A stretch of 64,000 nucleotides of DNA from Geosiphon pyriformis uo1 (taxonomy: Eukaryota > Fungi > Glomeromycota). Below are positions 23,129-38,700 of the stretch, piece by piece. The DNA is taken from the NCBI GenBank assembly GCA_016748015.1, contig JAAOMT010000261.1:386394-450393 (forward strand), read 5' to 3'. The translations under genes and the position numbers were made by a program. The stretch's first letter is position 1, and each line of letters opens with the position of its first letter. The notes beneath the pieces are model-generated. The model saw only the letters and a program-made list of their open reading frames with translations. It ran no database searches and was not told the origin of the DNA.

Positions 23129-25064
23129 TCATTGAGATGAAGAGAGAGCCAACAAACCCAAACCAGAAAACAGACAATCCAATCTTCCCAAAATCGAATT
23201 AATTGATGCTTCCAAAGTCATTATTTTTGACTCCAATTTACCCATTTTGGTGGTCAAAACCTTAAAACTACTAGAGCTGAAATCAGTCACAAAATCTGAA
23301 CCAACACTAACACATTATCCAAAACCATATTTAAATCCAGAATAGAAGCTAAAGAAACAGAGGCAACTGGAGAAGAAACAGAAGGGGAAGCAGTCAAAGG
23401 CACCAATTCCACAAAGCTCAACTTTTTTAAAAGAACAGAAACCTAATTAGACAAAAGCTTCAAAGAGTATTTCAGAACAGCTACATGATCACTCAATCCA
23501 GAATTAACAAAAGAAGCAGAACCCAAAAAAAGAGATGCTACATCCAAAAGTAAGCCATCACCAGACAAAACTGATAAGATTGCATGAGGAGAAGAACCAC
23601 CAGCAATTTGAGCCCAAGTTTTAACTCCAAATAAAACAGGGCACAAAACAGGAGTCTGCTTCTTTTTATATATGTTGGCCAAATGAACCTGATCCTGTAA
23701 GGTCACCATATGTCTACCATGTCTACCAAAATTTTTACTCACTAAACAAATATCAGAGGTATGACCAAATTTTTTACATAAAGCACAGCAAGCTAATAAA
23801 AGCTCAGCCCAATGTAAATTCACACCTTTGAAAACAGAAACAGATTCGATAGCAGTTAATTTAGATGTTTTATTTGCAAAACACACAATTGCACATCTAT
23901 TATACACATATGAACTGGAATTATGACCAATGAAGCAAGTTTTTTTACCATATGAATCTAAACAAACCCAACAAATCATGAACAGTAGTGCCAACTGAAA
24001 ATATGTACAACAAAGCCTGATATTAATCTCTGAATATCCACATTTGTTTATTACTAATAGCTTTTGTTACATAAACAAAATCCTTTCTTATAAAAACAGA
24101 TCATCTAGCTGCAACCAAATCAGCTATTTCAGATAATTTATACTCTATTAAGGTCTTTTGCCACAAACCAATTAATTGTATCTTGACAAATACAATTTTA
24201 TTAAACTTAGAAAAAACTGATTTTACAGCCAATTTGGGAAGATCAACTGGGATTTCCTTGATGATCACTTCCCAATCCAATTAGCTATTTACTTTTCTAA
24301 GATAATTATTAACAAGAATTTTCTTACAAATTGCCATTTTCTTAGCCTTATTCAAGCTCAATTCTGAAGTAAATGATAATCTGATAATTTCTGAGAATTT
24401 TGAGAAAGCAAAGGCTCTCCCAAAACCATTAATTCAATAAAAAATTTTTTTTATTGAAATCAATTTGTCACTAATAGTTTTTTCTGGAATAGCCAAAAGC
24501 TCAATATTTAATATGAATGATTTTACTGGCTCAAAGTTTCTCTTATCCAGAACATGTAACTTGATACATGACAGCTGATTGGAACCATTAAACTTAGGGG
24601 AAAAAAGCTTCAGAATGTTATCAGCATTACTCATATTATTGAAAAAAGGTTTTTTCAGCAGTTGTTTTAAAACATATGTTCTTATTTGTGTCTTTCTTAA
24701 AGTTGTGTCATCCATCATATCATTAGTCTTGAAGTCATTGGAATTCACATAACTCATTTCTTCTGTCACCATGTTGTTTATGTTTTCCAAGTTAGACACT
24801 CTATTAATACTAACATTCTCACTTTCTACTTCACTACCCCAAAACACTTTGCATTCTATATTATCAGCTTGTAAAATATCACCAGAAATAAGACCAGCTA
24901 ACAAATCTATCACATCACCAGTAATTTCAGAATTCTTAGACTTCTTATATAAAGAGCCATGAGTATATGCTCTCAATGTATGTCTTCTTTTTATTATTAG
25001 ACTGGATCCCCAACCCAGCTGAAATAAAAATAAAATTACCAGCAGAGGAACCCACTGGTTCCAT
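23129..25064 (-). pseudogene. LINE A ORF1 (RRM-like domains, CCHC knuckle, coiled coil)
   Basis: Starts MEPVGSSAG, contains CALCKKFGHTSDIC and KTWAQIA, and ends SSQ* overlapping the ORF2 ATG. Confidence 0.85.
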
Positions 25065-25499
25065 TACAGTAAAAGAGTATGTAAGAAAAGAAATAACTGA
25101 AAAGAAACAAAGGATAAAAAGAAAAGAAAAAAGTTATTTTTCTATTAAAAAACTATGCTTTCATTGTAGTCAGAGGATCAACAAAAAAAAGATGTTTTAA
25201 TTATAATATTATCTTAATGTTTCTAAAACAAAAAAAATAAATATTAATAAATTAATAACATTTTTATTAATTATAAAATAAAAAAATAATTTTCTCTCTA
25301 ATTGATTTATTTTTATAATTATTAAAAAAAAATTTTATGCTTTAAATATTAATTTGTTAATTATTAAAAAAAACTATAAAAAAAATATAAATAATTTTAA
25401 AATTTTAAAATTATTATATTTATATTTATTTCTTAATTTAATCAAAGCTATAATCTTAAATAAAAGTATTTTAATAAACAATTTTTTATTTATTTAATT

Positions 25500-28400
25500 T
25501 AATGAATGAGATCCAAATACCACCTAGTATAATACATCATACAATTGATCTAAACTGGGTGTGAATCATGTATTTTCTACACGTGACCAGCCACTCAGAC
25601 TAGTCAGAACAACATTAGGCACTTATGTGTATTGAAACCATGTTACCTATACCTGAAAAGAATAAACAAGATTTATGAAATCCAAAACTAACACTAAATG
25701 CATCTACAATACCCAACAACCTAATCACACTAACCAAAAGTACCGAAAGAAGACCAGAAATTGAAACAGAAACAGAACCATCACACAGGATCAAGCCACC
25801 TTTCTCTATAACAGCCCAGTGCTTAACATGTACTAGCCAAACATCATTACAAAACACAAAACAAAACTCATGCACAAAGGCCATGATATTCTGAGCTGCA
25901 ATCTTAGAGTCTTTAAAAACAGCAACAGATTCATGATACCACTCCTTGAAAACAAAGCCCTTACACAGAGCTGTATCAATACCAACATTGAAGACACAAG
26001 TAGAAAGCAACCATAAAACACACAAAGAAGAGTGAGATAAATCCAAGCATGTTTTCCAAGCAGATGCATGAACTTCCACCAACCAAGCACAACTAGCAGC
26101 ATCAAATGGACAAAAAAACACATGGTTTGAGACCTTTATATTGTCACAGAATAGACATATTACACTAGGGTAACTCCTGTTATAAAGATGCTTACGTATA
26201 ACAACTAGAAGACAATGATACAATGCCTTCATAAAATATATCTGAAAGCCAACAGTCTGAGTACTAGTAAAACCAGCAGCCAAATGAAAGTCCAGATGCC
26301 ACACCAAAGAAGATTTAGACCAATCAACATCAGCATGCAAGCTGTCTATCAAGACCCGAAAACCAGAACCAACCTCTCAGCATACATGGTGAACTAATCA
26401 GAAAACACCACGAACAAAATGCCTAGAATTACCAGACACTGCAGTACCACCAGCTCTAAGAAAATGTTCATCAATTATGTGAGGAAGACACATATTAGAA
26501 AGCACAATAGCTCCAGTGAAAACATCAGCATTCTCATTGCCCAAAACACCAAAATAATCCTTAACTTTAATTCAATTAACTACCAAATTCTTGCAATGAA
26601 TAACATTAGCAATGTGGTGATGCTCAATCCAACACTGATTTCTGAAATCTGGATGAATCATTATGGATTCAGATTTGCATACATCCAAAGCAGCCTGGCT
26701 GTCCAAAAACAAGTTGACCGAACAAGAAAGAGGAATACACTCGAGAGCCAGAGCAATGGTTTGCAACTCCCTTATAGTAAAAAAAACCAATCTGGACACT
26801 CCCACACCCAAACTCAAATCAATGTTTTCAAAAAAAACAGCAGCACCAGCTTTTATACCAAAAGTACCCAGTCTACTTAGAGAACTATCTGTAAACAAAG
26901 AAAGATGACCTGAATCAACTCCCAACAGATGACTGCATACAACTTTAAACTTGTGAGACTCAAAAACATTAGACAAACCAATATTTAGCAACAGAAGATT
27001 GCAAACAGAAGATGATCCAGAACCATTTAGAAAGCAAACACAAACATCAAACCAATGAAAAACTGGGCCCCGAGGGTCCAATTTCTTCCACTGCTTAAAA
27101 GTCCTCTATTCAAAAACAGAACCAATATGATTGCAAAGCTGCTCAACAAAAACAATTCTATAACACTAAAGTGAAGAGACATATTTGTAAAAAGTGGGCT
27201 CACCAAAAATGACAGACATAAGGGTTCCATTTTGAAAACAAAAAGCATTGGTCATAAGACCACTCAGAGAAAGGTCGCACCCCAAAAAAATCTGGACAAC
27301 TCTAGCCAAAAAATTATCTAAAGGATTGATATTAATACAAGAAGGGAAAAGCAGGGGGTGGTGAGGGCACCAGTTGAGGATCTGCAAGTCATGTGATCTA
27401 TGTGCAAACAAACAGCCCAAGATACCAACAGAATTGGCAAAACTAACAATAGAAGCTGTTCAAAAGACTTTAAACTATACAGAGAAGGATGGTAAATAGC
27501 ATTATTGAGAAAGTTGAACAGTAGGCCAGATTTGGATTTTAAACCCTTGTGAATCATAGTGTTCCACTTTGCACACACATTAATAGAAACAAAATTGAAC
27601 TGAATCCTGTAAGCAACAATAGGGTAAAGAACTGCCAATACTAAATACAAGAACTGCTTGTTAGTGACAACCTTTCTTAGCACAAGATTGGTGAAAAACT
27701 GGACATTCAGATGAGCTTTAGCCAAGCTAGGCTTCAACAAACTCTCAGTAGACAGAAAAATGCCCAGATACTGATGAGACTCTCCCTTCTTAGCTATCAA
27801 AATAGGCAAACCACAGATTAGCAAACAAGGGTTAGAAACTCTGCAATTAATGGGAATGACCACCATCTTGTCATTATTGATCAAAATATTATTAATCCAA
27901 AAAAATTCACTAGCAATATTGAGAATATGTTGCATAGCAGCCTGGTTGCTACCAATCCAAATTGTGTTATTGACAAAAGCACCTGCAGCAAGAAAAAAAG
28001 TCAAACCAGCCCGAAATTCAAAGCAACCATTCCTGGTCACAAAACAAGAGTCCAATCTGTATCCACACACACTTTCTTGTCTCTTGACTTCACACAAAAG
28101 AGGATCATAAAATATGTGCCAAAAAAGAGAAGAAAATACTTCCCCTTGGTCCAAACCATCATGCATCTAATATCTATTAGTTAACCCAAAATCTGTTATA
28201 ACTTTGTTGACCCAACCATTGTAAATGTTACCAAAAAACCAAATGAACCTGTTACACATCCTTATCCTGGCTAAATTCTTCCTTAGATGTTTTCAGCCAA
28301 CAGAATTATAAGCCTTTTACATGTCTTGCAAAACCAGTCACAGCTTATGGTTTTTTTTCAAGGCATCTTTAATAACTGATCCAATAGTAAAAATAGAAGA

Positions 28401-31400
28401 CTGTATGGTTGTACTTTTTAAAACAGAAAAATTATCCTCTCTTAGAACATTAAACTTACTGCACACAAAAAAAATTCTGTCCAAAAAAATTTTGGAAAGG
28501 ATTTTACAAGTCATCTCAATCAAAGCAATAGAATAGGTGTTTGTGAAAACACCCTCCCATTCATACGGTTTGGAAATCATCAACATCCAAGCCTCTTTCC
28601 AAGACCCAAAAACAGATTTACAATCCAAGCAAAGATTCAAAAGCACCAAAAGCATATCCAAAACTGATCTGTCACAATGTTTCTATAACTCATTTGAGAT
28701 ACCAGAGAGATCAGTCACTTTTCTATCAGGCAGATTTAAGATGACATCAGACATTTCATCAAAGTCAATTGAGCACATTACACCAGAAAAAGCATCATTA
28801 AAAACATGCTCCAAAGACTAATATTGGTAACACCATATACCAGGGACATCAGAAACCACATTGTGTTTTTTAGTCCATTCTTTCATGATCACATTTACCT
28901 TGGATCTAACCAAATCAGATTCCAAAATCAATTTATCATCCATGACCAGATGGTCCAAAGTCACTTTGCAGAAAGGATATTCTAGCACACTCCTAATAGT
29001 ATAATTCTTGTTCAATTCAAAACTTTCTATTCTCTTATCTATTGCCAACCTAATACTAAATTCCCTAACACATTCCGCTTCTGACATTTTGGAGAAGCTA
29101 TATAATTTTCTAACTTTGGACAAAATTGACCAAATGATGTCAAAATAAGAACCTGACAGAAAAAAAAACTTCACCACAGAAGCATTAACTAAATTCAAAC
29201 TCTTCTACTTGTCAAGCAAGAATGTAAATTCTCCAAAAGAATCCAAACAAGATGTCTTAACTAACTTCAACACTAAGAGCTCTAGCTTGTAAAACTTAGA
29301 TGACTTCTTAACAAAAACATAATCATAGTCCTTGAACCATTTCCTCTTAAAAACTGCCTCAGCTGACAGACATAATACTCTACAGAGAGTAACCCACATT
29401 GCATCCAAGTCCAAGTGCATTCTGGCCACAAGAAAATTATCATGGAACATAACAGCATTTACTGCCATATCATCCTTAAATTTGGCCCATTTAATATTAT
29501 CCACATCTTTGCAATTGTACTTCCAATGATCCTTATTTGCCTGTTTGCAAACAGAGTTTAATTGAACATTGAGTAAACCATTTAAATCTACCAATACTGA
29601 GACAGTCTGATGATCAGTATCAAAGTATTTCCCAACACCAAACACACCATGATTTACCACTACATTGACCAAGTTCAAAGAAATAAGCACATAATTAATT
29701 GTCTTAACCATGTCTCTAGAATTGGACCAGATTGGTGACTTTTTACAAAAGCTTCTATCCAAGGCATTAACCAAACCAAAATCCAGGTATTTTTTGAAAC
29801 TTGCATACTTATGAGAACCATTTTCATTAAAATCACCTCCAAAAATGACAAAAAAAAATTCATTAACAGTCTTTGCTATAAGAGAGTTGATATTGCCAGC
29901 TTGAGAAAACCAAGCCACCAAAGAGGCACCAGCGTACAGCCCCAAAATTGACACTGAAAGTTTATTTTTGAAAAACAACTTGATAGACAGGAGCTGACCA
30001 GGCACTTCTGAAATTTTACACACATGTCTTGCCAAAAAAGAGTTCATGACAACTACAACACCAGCACCCAGATAACCAGATTCTAAACCAGAGGTAAACA
30101 CCCACATACCATCAAATTTGTTAACAATCCAAGGGCAAATTTTCTCTTTTAACTTTGATTCCATAAAAATAAAAACTAAATTGTCCTTTTCTTTATGTTA
30201 CCAAATAATATCATCCTGTTTTGCAGGATTGTTCATTCCTTTAACATTACAAGTTGCAACTTTCCAGATTATATTACTCATTGAGAAGAAGGAGGAGTAG
30301 AGACCAAACCAGAATTGTCCATTTTAGCCGAAAAACTCATAATTGTGATCGAAAGGTTGTTTAATGTTTTCTCCATTTTTGAGATAATTGAAAGATCAAA
30401 AACCACCACTTCTATAACAGTCTTACCACTAGTGGTCACACTTGAACCCTTATTCATTACTATATCTGCCTCTTGATTTTGTGATGAAGAGGTTACTAAT
30501 GGCTGATGTTCAGAGCTAAGCTGAGAAACCATTGGCTCAAGTGTGTCCAACCTCTTAGCTAGCATGTTAACATGCTCTGCGAGGTTGGTGAGACTGTGCT
30601 CAAGAGCAGCAAATCTATCATTCAATTCCAAAAACACCAGTGGAGTAGGCTTTATTTTCAAAGAGGAACCAGCTTTCAACAAAATATTCTGACCAGAAAG
30701 AAAAGAGAAAAAAAACCCATCAGCAATTTGTGCCCATGAGACACCACCAAAAGAAACAGGATGGGCAACTGGAGCCAAGCATTTGGCATATATGACAGCC
30801 AGCCTACTTTTATCCGAGTTTGAAAGAGTTTTCCATAATAAAGCACCAGAAGAAACATTCTTTTTCCCACCAGCAGAACAAGTCAATAATGTATGGGCCA
30901 ATTTCTCACATCCAGCATACTTGGCCAAAACAAGACAAGACCAGTGCAGATTGGCCCATTTTAAAACAGATGTGGTTTCTATGACAGCATCCAATGATTC
31001 AGCAGAATCAAAACAAACAGTAGTGCATCTGGTCCAGGCATAAGAAACCAGATAACAGTCAATTACACAAGTTTTCCCACCCACTGAAGCAACATAATCT
31101 CAAATATTATGTGTATTAGTTCCCATTGGTAGAGTGTACAAAAAAGCTTTGTAAATATCTTGCACATTTCATAATTTTTTGTCCATGTCAGATTTACTGC
31201 ATCTTTCCCAATCAGAATAGACCATTTTGCTGTGACCAAATTAGCATGATCAATCTGTTCAAATTCAACCACTCTTTTTGCCACAGCTCCACCAACTGCA
31301 TTTTGAATGACTTAATTAATCCAAACTTGGATAGCACAGCATGCACAGCCTCTGTTGATGTTTCAATTGGAATTTTCTTCAATACCACAGCCCAATTTGA

Positions 31401-32210
31401 ATGTCCAGATGATTTTTTGAGATCGGTGTTTACCAAGATCTTTGCTTCTTTAGCCTTTTTTGAAACCTGCACCAAACTCAATTCAGAAGTAAATGTCACT
31501 CTGATGATCCCAGCAAATTTCAAGAGGGTAGAGGCCCCCCCAAAACCATTGATTTTAGAAAATAACTTTCTGATTACCATAAGCTTTTTCTGAGCAGATT
31601 TCCCAATGACATTGTTCAAACTGATGTCCAGAGTAAAAGATTTTTTAACAGAAACATTGACCAAGTTTTTCAAAGAGGAGGGGAGAACCACAGATTTGTC
31701 CAAGAGAATATCATCATTATTATTGCTCAAAAAGTCAATCTTCCCTAGTGGCTTACTCAGCACTCTTTTGGTCAGAATTTTCAAACTCTTAGGAGTTTGT
31801 TCCAAGTCTCCACCAGCAAGAATGCCACTTTTTCCATAATCAAAGCTAGTTTTCTCAACCAAAAATTCTTCTTCTATGTCCACATTATCTGATTCAGTAG
31901 TGTCACCTGTCTCAAAACCCTATGAATAACCACTTGGCACCTTAGCAGCAGCAAATTTTCTATTATCTATATTATCCTCTAAAGCACCACCCTTTCTCTT
32001 CTTTCTAGATTCAGCAGATTTTACACCAATATTGAAACCAGACTCCATAATAGACTTGGTCAAAATGGCAATACTAGGGCCAACAGTGGCCTTATAATTA
32101 AGCAGAAACAGTTTGGATTTAACAGACTGAATGATAAAAAAAAAACTTCTTTCAAAAAATACTTTGGCTCTTTTTTGAGAATTTGGAATGAACAAGAGAA
32201 AGAAGTTTTT
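25500..32210 (-). mobile_element. LINE copy B, full length (ORF1 about 30278-32048; ORF2 25615-30281)
   Basis: APE (GGDFNE, DTDH), RT (GLDQGEVFS, AFVNNT), RNase H (FTDSSL, ELQTIA, LDSQAA), CLFC...NHVFFC and the conserved 3' UTR. Confidence 0.93.
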
Positions 32211-32719
32211 ATGTATTAATATTGTTTTTAAACAATAATCTTAAAAAATTAGATATTTATTTAATTTAAATTATAATTATTAAAAAAAAATTTTTATTAT
32301 TATGTTATTATAAAATATAATTTAATTATTAATTTTAATATAAAATACTAAAATTTTTAAAAAACCACAACTTATATATTTGGCTACATATAATTAATTA
32401 TCCAAGTTAATCAAGATTATATTATGTAATATTTATAATAATATTTAATCTATTATTAAAAAAACAATAAACTATATAATTAGCTATATTAAAAAAAAAT
32501 TCCAAATTTTTAACTTTATATAAGACAAATAATTCAATCCAAAAAAAAATTTTTATAAATATTTAAAAAAAAATTGTTTTAATTTTATTTAAATTTAATA
32601 AAATTATATTAATTTAATTATAATTAATTAAATTATAATAAAAAACTTTAATAAAATTTGCCAAATTAAATTTTGGTTTTTAAGTAATTAATATTTTTTT
32701 ATTATTATTATTATTATTT

Positions 32720-35700
32720 AATGAATAAGGTCCAAATACTATCTAGTATTATACATCAAAGAAATAATCTAAACTAGGCATAAATTATGCATTTTCTATA
32801 TGTGACTAGTCACTCAAACCAATCAAAACAACACTATGCAGTTATATGAACTGAGACTGAATCACTTATACCTAAGAAAAATAAACAAGATTTGCAGAAC
32901 CCAAAATGAACATCAATAGTCTTAGTAATGCCAAGCAATTTGACTACACCAGCTAATAATCTCAATATTAAACCAAAAATTAACACAAGAGCCAAACCAT
33001 CCAATGAAATCAATCTGGCTTTTTTCATATAGGCACAATGTTTAGCACAAACCATCCAAATATTATTCCTAAAGACAAAGCCAAGAGAGTGCATAAATTT
33101 GACAATCTTTGAACTGGCAATCTTGAAATCATGAAAGACAAAAATGGTCTCACAAAACCAACCATCAAAAACAAAACCTTTATAAAAAGTTATAGACACA
33201 GAAAAATCAGAAACACAAGATGACAACAGTTGCAGCACACTTAAAAAGGAGTAAGAGAAACCAGAAAGAGCTTTTCATGAAGTCACATAAAATGCCAATA
33301 TTTGATGCCTAGCAAAATCATTGACCTCACAAAAAAACACATAATCCAATACCTTCATATTACCACAATACAAACACAACACACTAAGATAATGTTTGTT
33401 ATAAAGACATTTTCGAATGACAACAGGCAGCTAATGATGCAAGGTTTTCATAAAATAAGTGTGTGCACTAGCCAAGGGCTTGCTGGTAAAACCAACGGCC
33501 ATGTGTAAATTAAGATGCCACACCAGTGACGAGCAGAGTCAATTGACCTCAAAAAGCAAATTACCTGTCAAAAACTTGAAACCAGAACTAATCTTCCAGC
33601 ATGCATGACAAACAAAATGATAATATCATGTATAAAATGTTTAGAATTACCAGAAATATTACTGCCATCAGCCACTATGAAATGTTCATCCAAGTGAGGA
33701 GGAAGACACCAACTAGAGAGAAAGACAGCACCAGCAATCACATTAGCATGCTCATTTTCTGAAATGCCAGAATGACCCTTTACTTTGTACTAATTAACTC
33801 TTAAATTCTTACTACAAATAACATTAACAACATAATGATGCTCAACTCAGCACTAATTGCAAAAGTCAGAACACACCAAACCCAATTCTGACTTACAAGC
33901 ATCCAAAGCAGATTGACTATCCAAAAACAAGTAAACAGAGCTAGACATAAGAATACACTCCAGAAACAATGCAATAGCCTGTAATTCTGCCATAGTTGAT
34001 AACATCAAACCTGATACACCAATACCCAAACTCAAATTAATGTCCTCGAAAAAAGCAGCAGCACTAGCTTTACAACCAACTATGCCCAAATCCTTCAAAG
34101 ATCTATCTGTATACACAAATAAACTACTAGAACCAACTCAAAAAAAATGGTCACAAACAGATGCAAAATCACTAGAATTAAGAATGTTCAAAAAACCAAC
34201 TTTACTTAAAACCAAGGAATGAGCAGAAGAGGGAGCCATACCATTGAGAAATGTTGCAGAAATCTTGAACTACTTAGGAACAAGGCCATGGGAGTTCAGC
34301 CTCTTCTACTGCCTGAAAGTACACCAGTTAAAAACAGCACCATAACTATTCCAAAGTTGATCCACAAAAGCTACATCATACTAACAGAGAGAGAGAAGAA
34401 ACTTGAGAAATCTTGACTTACTCAGAACAGCAGACATAAGAATCCCACTACAAAACCAAAAGAAACTGGCCAAAAAGCCACCTAAAGATAAATTGCAATT
34501 AAGAAGAATATGAATCATGCCTATCAGAAAGTTATTTGAAGCACTAACACATACATGGACAGGAGAGCTCAATAGATAAACAGAGCACCAACACAAAACT
34601 TGTAAGTCATGAAATCTGTGAGAAAATAAGTAACCCAAGATTCCATCAAAGTTCACAAAATTAACAAGGGAAGCAACTTTACTCTCAAACTGAACTTGTA
34701 AGAAAGATTTCAAACCATAAAAGAAGAGGTAATGAATTGTGTTACTAGAAAAGTCAAGTAGTAGACCAGATTTAAGTTTCAAGTCCTTACAGCATCCCAC
34801 TTGTTACACATACCAACAGAAACAAAGCTGAATTGTGTTCTATAGCTGACTATAGAATGGAAAACTGCTAATACCTAATACAAAAGCTGCTTATCCAAAA
34901 TAGCCTTTCTTAGGATCAGATTGGTGAAAAAACAAACATCTGAATTTGCCTTAGCCAAACTAGACTTTGAGAGATTTTTAGTTAAAAAAAAATACCCAAA
35001 TACCAATGAGACTCACTCTTTTTGGCAATAGAGATCAGTGATCTACTAATAGAGAGAGAAGAATTACTGACTCTGCTATTGATGGAAATGACCACCATTT
35101 TGTCATTATTAATTGAAATGTCTTTGATCTGAAAGAATTTGCTAGTAATATTGAGAATATGTTGAATAGTACTCTGACTGCTACCAACCTAAATTGTATC
35201 ATCAACGAAAGTACCAGCAGCAAAAAAAGAAAAAAGCCCAGCCTGAAACTTAGCATAACCACTTTTGGAAATAAAATGAAAATTCAACTTATACTTACAC
35301 ATACTTTTTTGACACTTGACTTCACACAATAAAAAATCATAAAATACGTGCCACAGAAAGGGGGAAAAATATCTCTTCTTGGTCCAGACCATCATGCACA
35401 CAATAACCACTCATTAAACCAAAATCTGTTATAACATGGTTGGTGCAATCCTCATAAATACTACTGAAAAATTGAATAAACTTGCCGCACATTTTGATCC
35501 TGACCAAACTTCTCTTAAGATGCTTCCAGCCAACCAAATCATATGCCTTCTGCATGTCTTGCAAAACTAACCAAAGCTTCTAGTCTTTTTCTAAAGCATC
35601 CTTAATAACTGAACCAATAGTGAAAATGAAAGACTGAGTCATTATACTCTTTAAAACCGAAAAATTGTCCCCATAAAGAACATCAAAAGTGTTGCATGCC

Positions 35701-38700
35701 AAAGAAATTCTGTCAGAAAGAATCTTGAAAAGAATTTTACAAGCTGTCTCAATTAAAGCAATAGGATGGGTATTTGTTAGAACACCCTACCACTTATACA
35801 GTTTAGGAATTATTGAGACCCAAGCCTCCTTTCAAGAATTGGGCACCAATTCACTAGACAAACAGAAATTCAAAAGCACCAAAAGCATATCCAAGACTGT
35901 TTTATCACAATGCTTTCAAAGCTCATTTGACACACCTAAAAGACCAGCAGCTTTGCCATCAGGCAGATCAAAAACCACATTAACCAACTCATCAACTTTA
36001 ATTGAACACATGATACCAAAAAAAGCCTTATCAAAAACATACTCCAATAGTTGATATTGATGGTGCCAGTTATCAGAGATATCATCTATTACTCCATATT
36101 TTCTAGTCTAACTCTTCATGATCACATCCACCTTAGACTTAACCAAATCAGATTCCAGAATCAGTTCATTATTAATTACCAAATGATTAAATGCCACTTT
36201 GCGAAAAGAATATTCCAGCACACTTCTGATTGTATAACTTTTATTAACCTTGAAGCTCTTTATTCTCCTATTAATAGCTGACCTGATGTTAGCCTCCTTA
36301 GCCCTCAAAGATTCAGCAAGCTTGGCAATGTGATAAAACCTTCTAGCACCAAAAAAAGCAGAACAAATATGATCAGAGCCAGCACTAAAGTCTACAATAT
36401 CTTAAATAATTAAGGCCTTAACATTGTCCAAAAAAATTCAGTGTCTTATGAGAGAATCAAAATTTACAATACTCTCCTTATGTAAAACCCTGACAATCTT
36501 AGAAACCAAAAGCTCTAACTTGTGAAATCTCAAAGATTCTTTGGTAAAAACATCATCAAAGCCCTTAAACTATTTCTTCTTAAACATCTTATTAGTCAAG
36601 AAAACCATTATTTTGCAAATGGTATTCCATATTGCATCCAAATTTAAGAACTTCATAGAGGCAGCAAACTTATTTGAGAAAATTGCTGCATTGGCTGACA
36701 TGACACCCTTAAAATTGTTCTATTTAGTTTCATTAGTACTCTTAAAATCGAACTTCCATCAATCCCTATTTGCTTGCTTATGAAAAAAATTCAACCATGT
36801 GTCCAACAGTTCACCCAAACTCACAGACATAAAAACAGCCTGATGATCAGTATCAAAAAATTCCCCAACATCAGACACCTCATAATCCACCACAGTATTA
36901 ACCAAGTTTGAAAAAACAAACAAAAAATTGATAGTTTTAGCCACCCCCCTAGAGTTAGTCCACATGGGCATTTTGACATAAAAACTTTTATCCAAGGAAT
37001 TGACCAAACCAAGATCTAGACACTTTTTGAAACTAGCACACTTTCAGAAACCATCTTTATTGAAATCACCACCCAAAACAACAAATAAAGACTTATTGAC
37101 AACCTTTGCAATTATGAAGTTAATATTATTAGTCTGAGAGAAATAAAAAGCCAGAGATGTTTCAGCATAAAGCCCCAAAATCAAAACCAAAAGTTTATTC
37201 TTGAATAACAACTTGACTGAAAAGAGCTGACCAGACATCTCAGAAATCTTACAAACATGACAAGCCAAAAAAGTGGTCATAATAATTGCCATTCCAGCAC
37301 CAAGAAATCTCTTATCCAACCCAGATGAAAAAACCCTAACTCCATCAAACTTATTCCTAATCTATGGTCTATTGCTAGACCTCAGCTTTGTTTCCATAAT
37401 TATCAAGACCAAATTTCTAGAATCATTATATCAACAGATAATGTCCTTCTGTTTGGCAGAGACATTGATACTGCAAACATTACATGTCATAAATTTCCAC
37501 ACAAAGTTACTCATTGAGAAGTAAGAAAGATTAACAAATTCAAACCAGAGCACAAACAATCTAACCTTTTCAAAACAGATCCAACCAACACCTCCAAAGC
37601 CACTATCTTAGATTCTAATCCACCCACTTTGGTAGTCAAAACCTTAGAACTGCTTGAACTAAGGTCAACAACTAGGTTTACAACAACTGAAAGAGGAGAA
37701 GAAGGAGATGTCATCATATTATCCAGAGCCATATCTGAGTCCAAATTAAATGTAACAGATGCAAGAACAACCAGAGGAGAGACATAAGACACAAATGTCA
37801 GAAGCACCAATTCCATAAAACTCAATTTTTTTATAATAACTGAAATCTGATCCACCAAAAGCTCCAAAAAGCATTCTAGAAAAGCCAATCAATCAACCAA
37901 ATAGAAATCACTAAGGGAATTAGAAACCATTGAGACAGTTTTTGCACCTGAAGATGAACCAGTACCAAAAAGATCCAACAAAACCACATGAAAGGAAGAA
38001 CTACCAGCAATTTGGGCCCAAGTTTTCCCACTGAAAGAAACTGGGCAAATAATTGGCACCTGTTTCTTCTTATATATATTAGCCAAACAAACCCAATTCT
38101 AAGAAGTTACCACCTGCTTATCATAAGCACCAAAATTTCCATCCAATGAACACTCTGCAGAAATATGACCAAACTGTTTGTATTGAGCACAATGGACCAA
38201 AGAAAGACCAGTCCAGTGCAAATTCACACTCTTAAACACCAAAGTAGAACCAATAGCAGACAATTTAGATGTCTTATCAACAAAACACACTACTGCACAT
38301 CTATCATGCACATATGAGCTGGGATTATAACCAATAAAGCAAGTTTTTCCACCATATGATTTCATCAAACCAGAAAGATTATGCACCATAGTTTTAACTG
38401 GAAGAGTATAAAGCAAAGCCTAATGTTGATTCCTGGATACTCACATTTGTTTATTACCAACAGCTTTTGCCACACAAACAAAATCTTTTCTCATGAAAAC
38501 AGACCATTTAGCTACGACCAAATCAGCTATCTCAGATGACTTATACTTTACCAAAGCTTTTTGCCACAAACCAATTAATTGTATCTTGATTAAAACAATC
38601 TTCCCAAACTTAGAAAAAACAGATTTTACAGCTGATTTGGGAAGATCAACTGGGATTTTCTTAACAATCACCTCCCGATTTGAATGGCTATTTACTTTTC

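Larger units (their letters stand above)
1178..25190 (-). mobile_element. LINE copy A (about 6.9 kb), split into 1178-2485, 9442-12790 and 22987-25190 by two nested LTR elements
   Basis: Pieces rejoin collinearly: the RNase H domain is split at 2485/9442 and the APE domain (KDKVCPWIANKF) at 12790/22987. Conserved 3' UTR at 1178-1293 and 5' motif at about 25155-25190. Confidence 0.93.

Noticed and set aside
25195-25500. Target-site duplications around the LINEs
   Set aside because: The flanks are low-complexity AT, so no duplication can be distinguished from chance by eye.
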